A DNA stretch of 64,000 nt from Candidatus Bathyarchaeota archaeon (GTDB lineage Archaea > Thermoproteota > Bathyarchaeia > Bathyarchaeales > Bathycorpusculaceae). The first letter of the stretch is position 1; the number at the start of each line of letters is the position of its first letter. The notes beneath the pieces were generated by a model. It worked only from the letters and a program-made list of their open reading frames with translations, made no database searches and was not told where the DNA came from. Positions 53,583 to 63,766 of the stretch are shown here, one piece after another. Location: positions 192,001 to 256,000 of the forward strand of contig CAVYES010000004.1 in the NCBI GenBank assembly GCA_963767735.1, read 5' to 3'. The position numbers and the translations under genes are program-made.

Positions 53583-54359
53583 ATGCGATACGCACTTGTC
53601 CTATTGCTTGTCTTCGTCATATTGGCATCAGGTTTCCTCCTAACTAAACGACCTGTTGTGGAGGCTCAATATAGCCCTCCGGTTCCGGCATTTACTTTGC
53701 AGTTTGACAATGAATCTTATAATGTTCCCCCATCTGGTACAACCCCAGGTTACCCTGTTGACAAAGAGTTCATCGATGTCATCATCGCGAACACAGGCGA
53801 GTATACATTTTACGCCGTCGTAAACTCAAGCTTGGTTAAACTGTATTACAATATCCGCGTAAAGGATCACTCTCAGAATTGGACAAATTATTACGTTTCC
53901 CCAAACCTTGCTCCATCCAACTCAAATTACACTACCGTTAAATTTGGTTTAGGAAGCGTTAATCCTGATCCTGGCGGTTCCAGCATTTGGATAGGTAACA
54001 TTACTAATGGCAACCACGTTGATTTTCAAGTTCGAGGATTGGAAGGGTTCTACACGAAACTAACTCAACAAAACCCCCCATGCTGGAGACTCTCCCAATA
54101 CAGCGTATTCAATGAGACAGGCGCTAGCAGCTGGAGCCCCACGCAAACAATGGATAGATCTGACATTTCCATTTCAACGCCAACCCAAACACTATCGTCA
54201 ACAACTGCAGCACCTATTTCAGCAGCTAAGGGCATTAGCCCTATCACATTAACAGTCAGCACAGTTGTCGCAGTAATAGCTGTCTCTGCAGGTGCATTCC
54301 CAGCTGTAAAAAGACATAGAAAACAAAAATCTCTTGTTCCGTCTCCCGGGGTGGAGTAA
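53583..54359 (+). CDS. Secreted surface protein, paralogue of 52609..53466
   Basis: Signal peptide, 'PVPAFTL..YYNIRVK.H..VDFQV', C-terminal TM helix. Confidence 0.8.
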   Translation: MRYALVLLLVFVILASGFLLTKRPVVEAQYSPPVPAFTLQFDNESYNVPPSGTTPGYPVDKEFIDVIIANTGEYTFYAVVNSSLVKLYYNIRVKDHSQNWTNYYVSPNLAPSNSNYTTVKFGLGSVNPDPGGSSIWIGNITNGNHVDFQVRGLEGFYTKLTQQNPPCWRLSQYSVFNETGASSWSPTQTMDRSDISISTPTQTLSSTTAAPISAAKGISPITLTVSTVVAVIAVSAGAFPAVKRHRKQKSLVPSPGVE

Positions 54360-54483
54360 CGAGGTGTTAACTGCAACACTACGAGGTCTAAAAGGTCTCT
54401 GTTGAAAAGAATGTTCCAAAAATATTTAACCGAAAGTAAAAGACAAGCAAGGGCAAAACACATGAATCTGTTGAAGGGGTAAT

Positions 54484-55959
54484 ATGAGAAAACGTTTGGT
54501 CTTCGCTTTGGCAGTTGCTATGATTGCTTCAATTGTTTTTTCAGCGTTTGCTGCCATAGAAATTTATAAGCCCTTTTCCGATGCAAGTAAAAAGCCCTTT
54601 TACGTTGGCGTAACATACTGCGGGGACTCAGTTGCAGAAGCAGAGCAGCTGATTGACAGAATTAAGAATTACACTAACTTGTTTGTTTTGGACTCGGGTG
54701 AATTGATGGGAGATGTTCCGTTGACGGAGCAAATATGCGATTACGCCGTCAACGCGGGGCTCAACATCATTTTGTATTATAGCAGCAACAACCCGGTCTT
54801 TACTTGTGATTCTTTGATTACCATTGCTCAAGCTAGGTGGGGCAGCCATTTCTTGGGATTATACTATGATGATGAGCCTGGCGGAAAAATGCTTGATAGC
54901 TACGACAATCTTTATAGTTCGAACCCGAATGAGACAATATCAAAAGATCAAGGCGGCTCGTTGTATGTCCAAACCAATAACACGATAACCAATTCAAGTA
55001 CCCTGTATGATTTCTTGCCTTCAGGAGAAATCGAAGTTGATGTTAGCCAAAATCTCCCTAACTCACTTGAATTCCTCTCAACCTTCTACTACCTGAACGG
55101 CACAATTACCTATACTACACAAAACTGGTCAGCACCTGATGGAACATTAACCAGCCAAATTTTAATGTACCAACCAGACGGCACAGTGCAAACTGACACT
55201 GGCGCGGTCGTAACTGATTCAGGCAACATTAGCCAGTTTGAACCCTACCAGAAACTTTGGGATTCAAGACCAATCCAAACCTACACTCAAGCAGCAAACA
55301 ACTTTGTAAGCTACGAGCAATCTACATTGGGATCAATCGGCAACCAATCAGATGTTAAACTCTTCACCTCAGACTACGCCCTAGACTGGTTTGACTACCA
55401 AGGCGGCTACGATGTAGTGCTTGGCCAGCTTGGTTGGAACCAATCCACCACGCAAAACATCGCGTTAGTCAGGGGCGCTGCAGACATGCATGACAAAAGT
55501 TGGGGAGCCATGATAACATGGGAGAGCCTGTCGCCGCCCTACTTGCAAAGCGGCAGCCAAATGTACAGTGAAATGAAGCAAGCCTACGAGAGCGGCGCCG
55601 AATACGTTGTGGTCTTCAATTATGCACCTGATATCGACAGCACGGCTGGGCTCTTGCAGGACAAGCAGTATTCGGCGTTACAGTCTTTCTGGACAGATGT
55701 AATTCAAAACTCAAGCGAGACTAATAACGTTAAAGGGCAGGACGCGTTGGTTCTGCCTAACGATTATGGCTGGGGCATGCGAAGCCCCGACGATAACATT
55801 TGGGGAATGTGGCACAATAGCTCTTCACAGCAGGTTTGGAATGTACTGCAAGCCTCGCTGAGCAAATATGGGTCAAAACTCGACATAGTCTACGAGGACC
55901 CCGCCTACCCGACGACTGGACGATACCAACACATGTACTACTGGAATCAGACAACCTAA
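54484..55959 (+). CDS. Membrane-anchored extracellular protein (possibly glycoside-hydrolase-like)
   Basis: N-terminal TM helix; 'GLYYDDEPGG', 'FTSDY.L.WFDY', 'WG.MITW'. Confidence 0.65.
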   Translation: MRKRLVFALAVAMIASIVFSAFAAIEIYKPFSDASKKPFYVGVTYCGDSVAEAEQLIDRIKNYTNLFVLDSGELMGDVPLTEQICDYAVNAGLNIILYYSSNNPVFTCDSLITIAQARWGSHFLGLYYDDEPGGKMLDSYDNLYSSNPNETISKDQGGSLYVQTNNTITNSSTLYDFLPSGEIEVDVSQNLPNSLEFLSTFYYLNGTITYTTQNWSAPDGTLTSQILMYQPDGTVQTDTGAVVTDSGNISQFEPYQKLWDSRPIQTYTQAANNFVSYEQSTLGSIGNQSDVKLFTSDYALDWFDYQGGYDVVLGQLGWNQSTTQNIALVRGAADMHDKSWGAMITWESLSPPYLQSGSQMYSEMKQAYESGAEYVVVFNYAPDIDSTAGLLQDKQYSALQSFWTDVIQNSSETNNVKGQDALVLPNDYGWGMRSPDDNIWGMWHNSSSQQVWNVLQASLSKYGSKLDIVYEDPAYPTTGRYQHMYYWNQTT

Positions 55960-56238
55960 AAATCGCTTCTACCTAACTTTGGCGTTCTACATGGCTCGAC
56001 AAATGCAATTCTTTTTTGAAAGGCATAGGAAATTTCCATGGAAGAATCACAAGTGGCAGAGGCACTGGATTTGCTTAAACCCGCTTCAGTTTTTCCTACT
56101 ACGGCACATTTCCTCCGCTTGCAAAAGACAACGCCGAATTCAAAGAACTATTGAAGTCGGAAAATCCAGACATTGGCGTTTTAGAGCTAAACCAGACGGG
56201 AGGTAAGAGTTGACGGCTAAGCAAATGCGAATTTCAGC

Positions 56239-56799
56239 TTAGGCCTTGTAGATTTTAGGGTCAAGCACCGCAAAGTTGTTACCGCCCACATGGAAGAGCA
56301 TTCTTGCCTTTTTCAGGTCATAGCTTTCCGTGAAGATGCCCATGTCTGCGTAGGCTTCAAGTATTTTACCCACGAAAACCGTGTGGTCGCCCGTTGTAAA
56401 TTTGCTGTCAACACTGCATTCAAGGTGGGCTATGCATTCCCGTATTGCTGGCGCCTTGACCTTTTTACCGGGTATCGGTGTTAGATTTGTTTTCTTGAAT
56501 TTGTCAAAGCTTCTGCCCGTTAAAGAGCCGCATGCGTAAACTGCTTGAAGTGTCTCCAATGTTGGGATGTTCACTATGAATTCGCCTGACTCCTCAATTA
56601 GGGCGTGAGAGTGGCGTGTTGGCGCGAGGCTGATAGCTAAAAGCGGCGGGTTAATAGAGGTGGGCATCGCCCATGCAAGCGTTGTTATGTTGGGTTTACC
56701 TGCTTTTCCAACGCACGAAACCAAAACGGTGTGCATCGGATGAAGAAGCCTAGATGCCGAGGCGATGTTTACTTGAGTTTTTGCAGACACATAAATCAC
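56239..56799 (-). CDS. Flavin reductase family protein
   Basis: 'S.NPP', 'EF.VNIP', 'CG..TGR..DKF', 'LEC', 'GDHT.F.G'. Confidence 0.92.
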   Translation of the reverse strand: MIYVSAKTQVNIASASRLLHPMHTVLVSCVGKAGKPNITTLAWAMPTSINPPLLAISLAPTRHSHALIEESGEFIVNIPTLETLQAVYACGSLTGRSFDKFKKTNLTPIPGKKVKAPAIRECIAHLECSVDSKFTTGDHTVFVGKILEAYADMGIFTESYDLKKARMLFHVGGNNFAVLDPKIYKA

Positions 56800-57069
56800 C
56801 TTATTGTAATAACATATTTAGTGGTGAAACACCGCGCTTATTTGCTTTATTCTTTAGAAACTGATTGAGCATCGATTTTTGGTTGTCTTAGAAAAGTTTA
56901 TCCAAATAGATAAAGAATTCAAGAATTTAATAACTTGTGACTGTAAAGTAAAAAGACTGTGATTCTTAATACTAAATTGAGTATTAGTGAAATTATTTAC
57001 CATGCTAGACCTTTCCCCCCGCAATAGAAAACTTTAGCATTTAGAGACTTTACCTTAACAATAGATAGC

Positions 57070-57396
57070 TTAATCTTTTTTGGTTGCTTGAATTTTCTCT
57101 ATTAATGAATCAGTTTTTGCGATAGCATATTGTTTAGCCAAATAATTGATTATTTTTGTTAGTATATCTACACCTAGCAAAGAACCAATTTGTGTTCCAT
57201 TTTGCATTTGAATTATTTGTACAGTGTTTTTACCAAAAGATATTTTCCCTTCCGCATTTACATCCAATAATTCTTTTTTGTTAATTGTGGTATGGTCGGG
57301 CAGTTCATTAGGTATTTCTTCCGTTTTAGCCAATTCATTAGGTATTTCTCTAAGAAACTCTATCATCAATACTTCCTTAGCTTTTTCAATATCCAT
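57070..57396 (-). CDS. Small hypothetical protein (cassette 1)
   Basis: AGGTGA SD; repeat motif upstream. Confidence 0.6.
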   Translation of the reverse strand: MDIEKAKEVLMIEFLREIPNELAKTEEIPNELPDHTTINKKELLDVNAEGKISFGKNTVQIIQMQNGTQIGSLLGVDILTKIINYLAKQYAIAKTDSLIEKIQATKKD

Positions 57397-57700
57397 TTTT
57401 TCACCTTAGTTCTATCTCTATGCTTTTCAGATTTAAGATTTTTCTATAGCTGTTCTTTTCGGTACATATTCGGGAATATCGGTTAGTTTCTAGCTTACCC
57501 AGAACAGCCTCTTATCGTTGCGACTTTTAGCAATCTAGCGTTTATAGAAATGTCAATAGACTAGAAATGTTAGGTTAAAAGATAAAGGGGATTTCCCCTA
57601 TTCGCATAAGTTTCTAATCGCTCAAAACATTTAGTAAAATTTCGTGGGTAGGTATTCTATCAAGATTCTATTCCTTTAATGGTTGTAGTAAAAGGCATTA

Positions 57701-57943
57701 CTATGCGATTTTAAGAAACCTCCAAAACTGCAAGCAACTCAACCCACTCCAAACCAAAAAACATAAACCCAAAGCACTACAACCAACCCACTCAAAAGGC
57801 AAAAACGCATCAAACATATCATTAACATTCAAACCATGAAACAAACCAAAACCCAACAAATACAAACCACCAGCGAACAAACCAATAACCTTAAAGAAAC
57901 CTAAAAAAATACGGAATACTAAAGATTTACGCTGTTTGTTCAT
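57701..57943 (-). CDS. Small two-TM protein (cassette 2)
   Basis: Two hydrophobic segments; repeat directly upstream. Confidence 0.6.
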   Translation of the reverse strand: MNKQRKSLVFRIFLGFFKVIGLFAGGLYLLGFGLFHGLNVNDMFDAFLPFEWVGCSALGLCFLVWSGLSCLQFWRFLKIA

Positions 57944-57999
57944 TTTTTCCCTATTCTATTCTATTGCTGTGCAGATTTAAGACTTATCTAAAATGAAAA

Positions 58000-58245
58000 C
58001 TAAGCTGTTTTTCGTGGGGAATAGAAAAGTCCTAGCCCAATAAATACTACCCCTACTAAAATTAGAATGATGCCTACAGTTTGATATGGATAAAAACTAT
58101 GATAATAATTTCCACCACCATAATAACCTGCTCCTGAATTATATAGAGACACAACCAATCCAATTAGCAAGAGAACTGCTCCAAATATCAATGAACCCAA
58201 ATTCTCTACTGCTTTCGTTGGTACTGTCATGTATCTTACTTTCAA
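58000..58245 (-). CDS. Small two-TM protein (cassette 3)
   Basis: Two hydrophobic segments with a Gly/Tyr loop; repeat directly upstream. Confidence 0.65.
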   Translation of the reverse strand: MKVRYMTVPTKAVENLGSLIFGAVLLLIGLVVSLYNSGAGYYGGGNYYHSFYPYQTVGIILILVGVVFIGLGLFYSPRKTA

Positions 58246-58300
58246 GTCTACTACTGTGCTATGCAGATTTAAGACTTATCTCTAAGTTTCCAGTTTACTC

Positions 58301-58598
58301 TTACCATGTGTACTTACTACAATCACAATTTTCTACCAAGCAATTATATTGCCAATTGCGATGTTGTTCTCTTGAATGACCACAAACGCATCCCTGATTT
58401 TTTCTTTCTGTAAAAAATTCTAGCTTACCACATTGAGGGCAAGTGTAAACAACTACTGGAAGCACATCTTCGCAAATATCCGTCAATCTCCCTAAAAGCA
58501 ATTTATCAAATCCCGTAAATCCGCCAATTCTAAGACTAATTTTACTCATTTCCATTTCCACAGAACAATCAGAACAGTTTTCTCACTTGTTCTCTCAT
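58301..58598 (-). CDS. Small Zn-ribbon protein (cassette 4), frameshift near the start
   Basis: ATG at 58598 gives 'MREQVRNCSDC..M' after removing one A; 'VYTCPQCGKLEFF'. Confidence 0.6.
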
Positions 58599-58992
58599 GT
58601 TTTATTCTATTTCTACGCTATGCAGTTTTAAGTTTTTGCCATCGTTTGAAGGATTGTAGGGCAAAATGGGTTAAGCGGATTTAGCCATGTGCTAACATCG
58701 ATAAGGAGCAAAAACCTTAAGGGGCAACATTATCGCCATTAGCAGCCAAACCCGCTTAATAGAGGGTGTGGGTTGATTTTTCTTCCTTCTTGCTATCTGG
58801 TTAAAATTGCTAATAATAGTTATTCCTAAAAACAGAATATTCTTCTTCTCGTTTATGCTATTTCTATGCTTTGCAGATTTAAGATTTTTCGTGCTTTCAA
58901 AAAGTCAAAAAAACAAAAGTGCTAAGAGCTAAAATCTTATACCTATAGTAAATCATATAGAAAGTAACCTTCAAACAAAAGAAAGGACAAAA

Positions 58993-59824
58993 ATGGACAT
59001 ATCCATAATTATCAGCTTAGTTAGTATTGTAGTGGCTATTGTAATCCCTGTTTTTACCCTTGTGTATACAAAACAACAAGTTGATATTTTAAAGCAGGAT
59101 TCAGAGAAGAGAAAGAACTTTTTGAAGACTTCCAATTCAATTCTCAAAGTAATAGACGATATCAAGAAATACCCTAAACAAACCTCATTCGATTCACTGA
59201 AAACTTGTTCAAGCTTATATTTTAACAGAAATGCATGATACTGAAAGGTTATGGTTAACGTTTGAAATAACACCTGAACCATTCCTTTTGTATGTAGCTT
59301 ACACAAATAGAGATTTCAAAAATATGGAAGACATTAAGAAAACTTTCAACAGTTTTCCAATAACATCATCTCAACACCTGATCGCCACATTAATTGAAAT
59401 TGCAGAGTCAGAGTTTTCAACCCTTCTTACGCATGAAAATGAGTTTCGTTTTAGGGCTAACCCAGATATTCTTCAAAACAATTCTATAGACTTGCATGCC
59501 TTGTTAAACGAAACAATAGGGTATTATCGAGCATATCAAGAACTTAAAGAGCATAAAATTATCATAAGCTCTTGTGATAACACAATAATCGAGACCTTCA
59601 AAGATTCAATAGATCAGATGGTCACTTTTATTTTCAAGTCAATGTCAGAAAAGCACGAACTGACCTTCAATTCTCGTGATTCATCTAGTCTTATACTAGA
59701 AAAACTCAATAATGGAATAATCAACTTAGAGAAAATTGCAGCAATGAGAACCTCACTAATTACATTATGTGACACCAAACTTCTTACTGTTCAACAAAAA
59801 CTGTTTGAGATGGCTTCACAGTAA
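58993..59824 (+). CDS. Membrane-anchored hypothetical protein split into two ORFs
   Basis: N-terminal TM ORF 58993..59238 overlaps 59231..59824, probably one frameshift. Confidence 0.5.
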
Positions 59825-60005
59825 ACTAGGCTGTACGAAAAAACTAAGTAGATAATATTGAGTTTTTATGTCTATCTGGTTTTGAAAAGCGCGCCAGTAC
59901 GTTGCTAAATCGATTTCTTCATGTAAAGTCTGCTCATGCTGAGTAACCTTCGCCAGATTTGCGATAGCTTAGGCATCAGAAAAACAATTTAACCTAAACG
60001 AACAT

Positions 60006-60278
60006 ATGCAGAACCATTGCGGCAATGTTAATGTGATGCATATGGACTTGGACAAAGAAGAAATGGAAGATTTTAAGCAGATGATCAGCGTTTTCGTCTT
60101 ATTCTACAAGGTCATCTGGAGTGAAGTGGAAAAGCAGTTCTCAGAACTGCCCTCAGACGAGAAACATAAAATCTTCAGCGTAATAGCTCCTTCCATCGTC
60201 CAAATGCTAAACTTGGTCACAGACGATACAGAAGAAACAAAACCCCCAAGTAAGGAAAAGGCGAAGAAAAAGCGATGA
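60006..60278 (+). CDS. Small hypothetical protein inside the IS
   Basis: 90-aa helical ORF with a basic tail, lying between the TIRs. Confidence 0.5.
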   Translation: MQNHCGNVNVMHMDLDKEEMEDFKQMISVFVLFYKVIWSEVEKQFSELPSDEKHKIFSVIAPSIVQMLNLVTDDTEETKPPSKEKAKKKR

Positions 60279-60362
60279 AGAGACATTCCTAATGAGAGTT
60301 GATTCTTTACGTAGGCAGCACGACAGAGTACGGCTAAATTGGATCTGCCATGTCTATCTTGC

Positions 60363-61373
60363 TCATTTTGCGAGTAAAGTTATCGATCGAGCCTTATCAA
60401 CGGCTTTCAGCCTGACAGCAGCCACAGCATTAAGCAGCATCGCAACCAAGCAAAACAACGAATGAATCTTAACCCGCACAAGACTTCGGACCCTATGATT
60501 CTCCAGACATAACTGCTCTTTAAGCCGAGAATTCACCCGCTCAATCGAAGACCTCAGCCGATACAACCGTTTCTCACCCTTAGGTCCATGCGTCCTAAAG
60601 AAGCGATCAACCCTCAACAGCCCCTTTTTCCCACGCATCTGATTGACAGGATAAGGAATAACAACCTGAACTCCAGCCTTGGCTGCCTGTTCTCTTTGAC
60701 CACTGCAGGAATACTGCGAATCCGCAATCATTAACTTCATTCTCTTCCGCGTCACTCTCAAAGCCTTCTTGAAAAGCTCTGGAGCATGCTTCTTTTCATT
60801 ATCGTTGGCTGAGGCGACAATAACTGCCAGAGGAAGCTCTGATTTAGCATCTACTGCTATATGCAGCTTGTAGCCTAGCTCGTATGTCTTGCCGTTTCTG
60901 CCGACTCTGGCTTCAGGATCTGAACCGCCTTTACTGTTGTCGTGTAAATCCCGTTTGCTGTAGGCCTTAACGAAGGTAGCGTCAAAGACCACTTTTCTGC
61001 CGCTAACCACTTTTTTCTCTATGAGCTCGTCAATGAGCGTGTTCATGATTGATTGGAGCCTTTCGACGCCGAGACGGTTTCTAAACCTCGTCATCTGCGT
61101 GGGATGATACGGCTTCTGCTCAGCTTCAATATCGCAGACCTCTCGCAAATCTTGATCATACCACAACCGCCGATACAATTCTCTATCGCTTGGAATCTGC
61201 TTAACCCTTTTCACAATCAACGCTTTAAAAATTCCAATAGGTTTCCTCGGAGGTCGGCCTGCACCTTCCTGATGGTATGCTTCAGACACGACTTCCTCTA
61301 TGTTATCCAAGTTCAAACTACGCAAAATGGAGCAAGAACCTTCATTCTTCTCCATAATAGATTGTATATTCAA
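60363..61373 (-). CDS. DDE transposase, related to 6913..7912
   Basis: 'GRPPR', 'FDAT', 'GYKLH', 'ADSQY', 'R..IER..SRLK'. Confidence 0.92.
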   Translation of the reverse strand: MNIQSIMEKNEGSCSILRSLNLDNIEEVVSEAYHQEGAGRPPRKPIGIFKALIVKRVKQIPSDRELYRRLWYDQDLREVCDIEAEQKPYHPTQMTRFRNRLGVERLQSIMNTLIDELIEKKVVSGRKVVFDATFVKAYSKRDLHDNSKGGSDPEARVGRNGKTYELGYKLHIAVDAKSELPLAVIVASANDNEKKHAPELFKKALRVTRKRMKLMIADSQYSCSGQREQAAKAGVQVVIPYPVNQMRGKKGLLRVDRFFRTHGPKGEKRLYRLRSSIERVNSRLKEQLCLENHRVRSLVRVKIHSLFCLVAMLLNAVAAVRLKAVDKARSITLLAK

Positions 61374-61565
61374 TCGAATACAAATTGCTTAAACAAGAAA
61401 ATGTCAATCAAAATAATTTAGCAACCGACTGGCGCGCGCTAACTAAAGGTTAAAGAGTGTATTTAAGGATTTAGTATTAAGAGCCAAAATATTATGACTG
61501 TAAAATCACAGCCGCAAGTCTTTCAGAGAATAAAGTAACAAGTTAACCTGTAATTTTTGGCGTTT

Positions 61566-61760
61566 CTAACGCGGTTTATCTTTGCTGTTGGGTTTCTTTT
61601 CTTCGTTCATCAGTTGAGCTAAGGTGTAGGTAATGTAGGCTGAGAAGCTGTGAATGCCTTTTTTAATTGCGTATTCCTCTTTGACCTTCAGCCACTCGTT
61701 AAAAAAGTAATCGTAAACCTCCGCCTTAACAGTGATGCTTTTAAAGCCTTTTTTCGGCGT
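61566..61760 (-). pseudogene. RHH-like regulator with an ACG (mutated or non-canonical) start
   Basis: Frame reads PKKGFKSITVKAEVYD..., similar to the divergent gene's PRKGYKCITV. Confidence 0.55.
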
Positions 61761-61834
61761 TTTGTTTCCCTCTCTTTAGGCTATTTAGCGAACGTACATT
61801 TATATAAGTTTTCACGATATACCCGCGCTTTACT

Positions 61835-61966
61835 ATTGTGTTTTATCGTTAATTGTATATTTAATTTTACGGTTGTTCACATTGTGTTTACTGTCAGGTA
61901 TTTGTTCAATTGTGCGGTTGTTTCACCATTATGTTTCACCGTTAATTATATATTCAATTGTACGGT
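61835..61966. repeat. Three imperfect 46-47 bp tandem repeats with a palindromic core
   Basis: Units start at 61835, 61881, 61928; best copy ACCGTTAATTATATATTCAATTGTACGGT. Confidence 0.7.
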
Positions 61967-61979
61967 AAAGTACTTCGAG

Positions 61980-62135
61980 ATGATAGTTTTGCCACGTAAA
62001 GGATACAAATGCATAACGGTCACCGACAAAGTTCATCAAGACATCCGAAAAAGAGCTGAAGAAGCCAACCTCACATTAAAGGAATACGTGGAGTACTTGC
62101 TTGCTAAGGATCAGGGTGCTAAGGCAGGAAAATAG
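61980..62135 (+). CDS. RHH (CopG-like) DNA-binding protein
   Basis: 'PRKGYKCITVTDKVHQDIRKRAEEANLTLKEYVEYLL'. Confidence 0.7.
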   Translation: MIVLPRKGYKCITVTDKVHQDIRKRAEEANLTLKEYVEYLLAKDQGAKAGK

Positions 62136-62137
62136 AT

Positions 62138-62305
62138 GTGCCCCTGAAGGTTCTTCAATCTAATGACCGTGTTGCTGAGGTCCAATTTATCTGTGATTGC
62201 TGTGGCAAACTAGTTAGAACCAGTGTAGTAACAAAGAAAGAGGTCGAGGCTAAAAGAAACACAAAAATAACTTGCTTTCACTGTAAACATGCTCAAAACG
62301 GATGA
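62138..62305 (+). CDS. 55-aa Zn-finger protein
   Basis: GTG start just after the RHH stop; CDCC...CFHC. Confidence 0.55.
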   Translation: MPLKVLQSNDRVAEVQFICDCCGKLVRTSVVTKKEVEAKRNTKITCFHCKHAQNG

Positions 62306-62548
62306 TATGTCACGCCGCTGCCTCCAAAGTTCAGATGAATTAACTTGTTATTTTCAGGCTGATTGAAAATTTTGCTGTTTTAGTCTCTTCACGTTTTCTT
62401 TGATTTGCATTTTCTATTTTCTGAACAAGAAAAACGCATGAGAGTGTTCGCATCTTATTTCACTTTCACTTACCCCTCTACTACTCTCTACAGTCGTTTG
62501 AACCCCTATCTTTTAAGAACTATGAACTATATGCGCGAGCCATGGTAG

Positions 62549-62782
62549 TTGCTTATGAAAACGAAAACCGCGCTTTTACCGACAGAGGATGATCTCTTAG
62601 TGGATTTAACGCTGCATGATGTTCCAGCTTCGCTTATTAGCGAGTTGGCAGAGAAAATCGTTAGACCCTATTACAATGACAACTTAAACGCTGCCATCCA
62701 AGACCTAATCCACAAAGCACTCTCAGAACAAGACTTCGTGCAGTCCCACATAACGCATGTTCAAAATGCTGTAACGCCTTAA
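62549..62782 (+). CDS. Small hypothetical protein
   Basis: 77-aa ORF with TTTTAAG box upstream. Confidence 0.55.
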   Translation: MLMKTKTALLPTEDDLLVDLTLHDVPASLISELAEKIVRPYYNDNLNAAIQDLIHKALSEQDFVQSHITHVQNAVTP

Positions 62783-63234
62783 AGATAAGTAATGGCGGCG
62801 GATTAAGCAAAACCCTTAACTTTTTCTGTAGAGGAGATACTCATTCAAGAAGTGGCATGATGAGCTTACCTGAAGCGTCAAGTAGTTGGTTTTCAAAATT
62901 GTCTCTTTTTGTTTTAATGCTTGTGGTCTATTCAAAATCCAGGTTTCTAACAATGACGTTTCTGTCTCTATATGGCTTAATTCACGGGGTAGCATGTGTG
63001 CCAGGCAAAAGAGTAAGTGCTATGAAAAGTCTACTCCATTATGGCGTTGAAGTTCTCCAACATGGGTTGGGCTCACCAATCCAAGCCGCTAACTCTTGAG
63101 ATTTTACTCGAAATTATAAATCCTTTAAATGTCTAGCTTTAACGTTTTATATGGTATAGCCGATAGTGGCGACATCTCCCGCGCAACCCCTCCCTTTTTC
63201 TTAATTTTGTGAAAACTTGCTGTGAGATAATTTT

Positions 63235-63343
63235 GTGTTGGGGCAAGAAGTCGTAAGCTGCCCTGATTGCAGCACTCAAGAACGGCCGAGCCGGGCAAAT
63301 TCAGACTTACATATGCCGCGACTGCGCCCGCAGGTTTTCATGA
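63235..63343 (+). pseudogene. Zn-ribbon fragment like the integrase N-terminus
   Basis: CPDCS then, after a frameshift, KNG.AGQIQTYICRDCARRFS*, matching CPECGS..KNG..IQRYVCKSCGRRFS of the 14773 integrase. Confidence 0.6.
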
Positions 63344-63345
63344 TT

Positions 63346-63366
63346 GTGGAGCCGCCGGGGTTTGAA
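63346..63366 (-). repeat. tRNA 3'-end fragment (possible att site)
   Basis: Reverse complement TTCAAACCCCGGCGGCTCCAC = T-loop, T-stem, acceptor strand and discriminator. Confidence 0.55.
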
Positions 63367-63766
63367 AAGGGCCACAATGGCGACATCACCCGCGAGTTCC
63401 CCATTTTGAGGAACAAACATTGGGACTAGGGCCAAGATATTATAGTTGAAGAAGACGACGATGATGAATGCTCAGAAAATAGCGAGGACTGGAACATCGA
63501 GTTTCCAGTCTCAGATTAGCTAAGCCTGTAAAACCAGGCCTTTTTTCTTGATTAACGTCCAAGGCCTTCCGAAATCTGGAGGGTAAAGAGGGAGGCTTGC
63601 TAGTATTTATCTTATCATCAGAACATATAAAAAATATAAAAAAAATTTTGGTTTGTCTTATTCTATCCCGCACTTTTCGCGATAGGTCTGAAGAGAAAAG
63701 AAGGTCTATTAGAACTGGATCATGTGTTTTGAAAAAGGTTTAGTAGGGCAGTCGTGCTCGCTTTAT

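Larger units (their letters stand above)
57411..58890 (-). repeat. Five dispersed ~35-bp promoter-like repeats
   Basis: Plus-strand consensus tctatttctatgctwtgcagatttaagayt at ~57411, 57955, 58248, 58606, 58858. Confidence 0.8.
59895..61431 (-). mobile_element. IS element with a passenger ORF
   Basis: TIRs CAGTACGTTGCTAAAT / ATTTAGCAACCGACTG; GCGC on both flanks. Confidence 0.8.

Noticed and set aside
57411-58890. CRISPR array or classical integron
   Set aside because: Spacing is 250-550 bp with ORFs in between. Repeats are degenerate and not attC-like hairpins, and no IntI gene is present.
61650-61979. N-terminal extension of the 161-aa ORF
   Set aside because: It translates the operator-like repeats and the antisense RHH gene; the real gene likely starts at ~61980.
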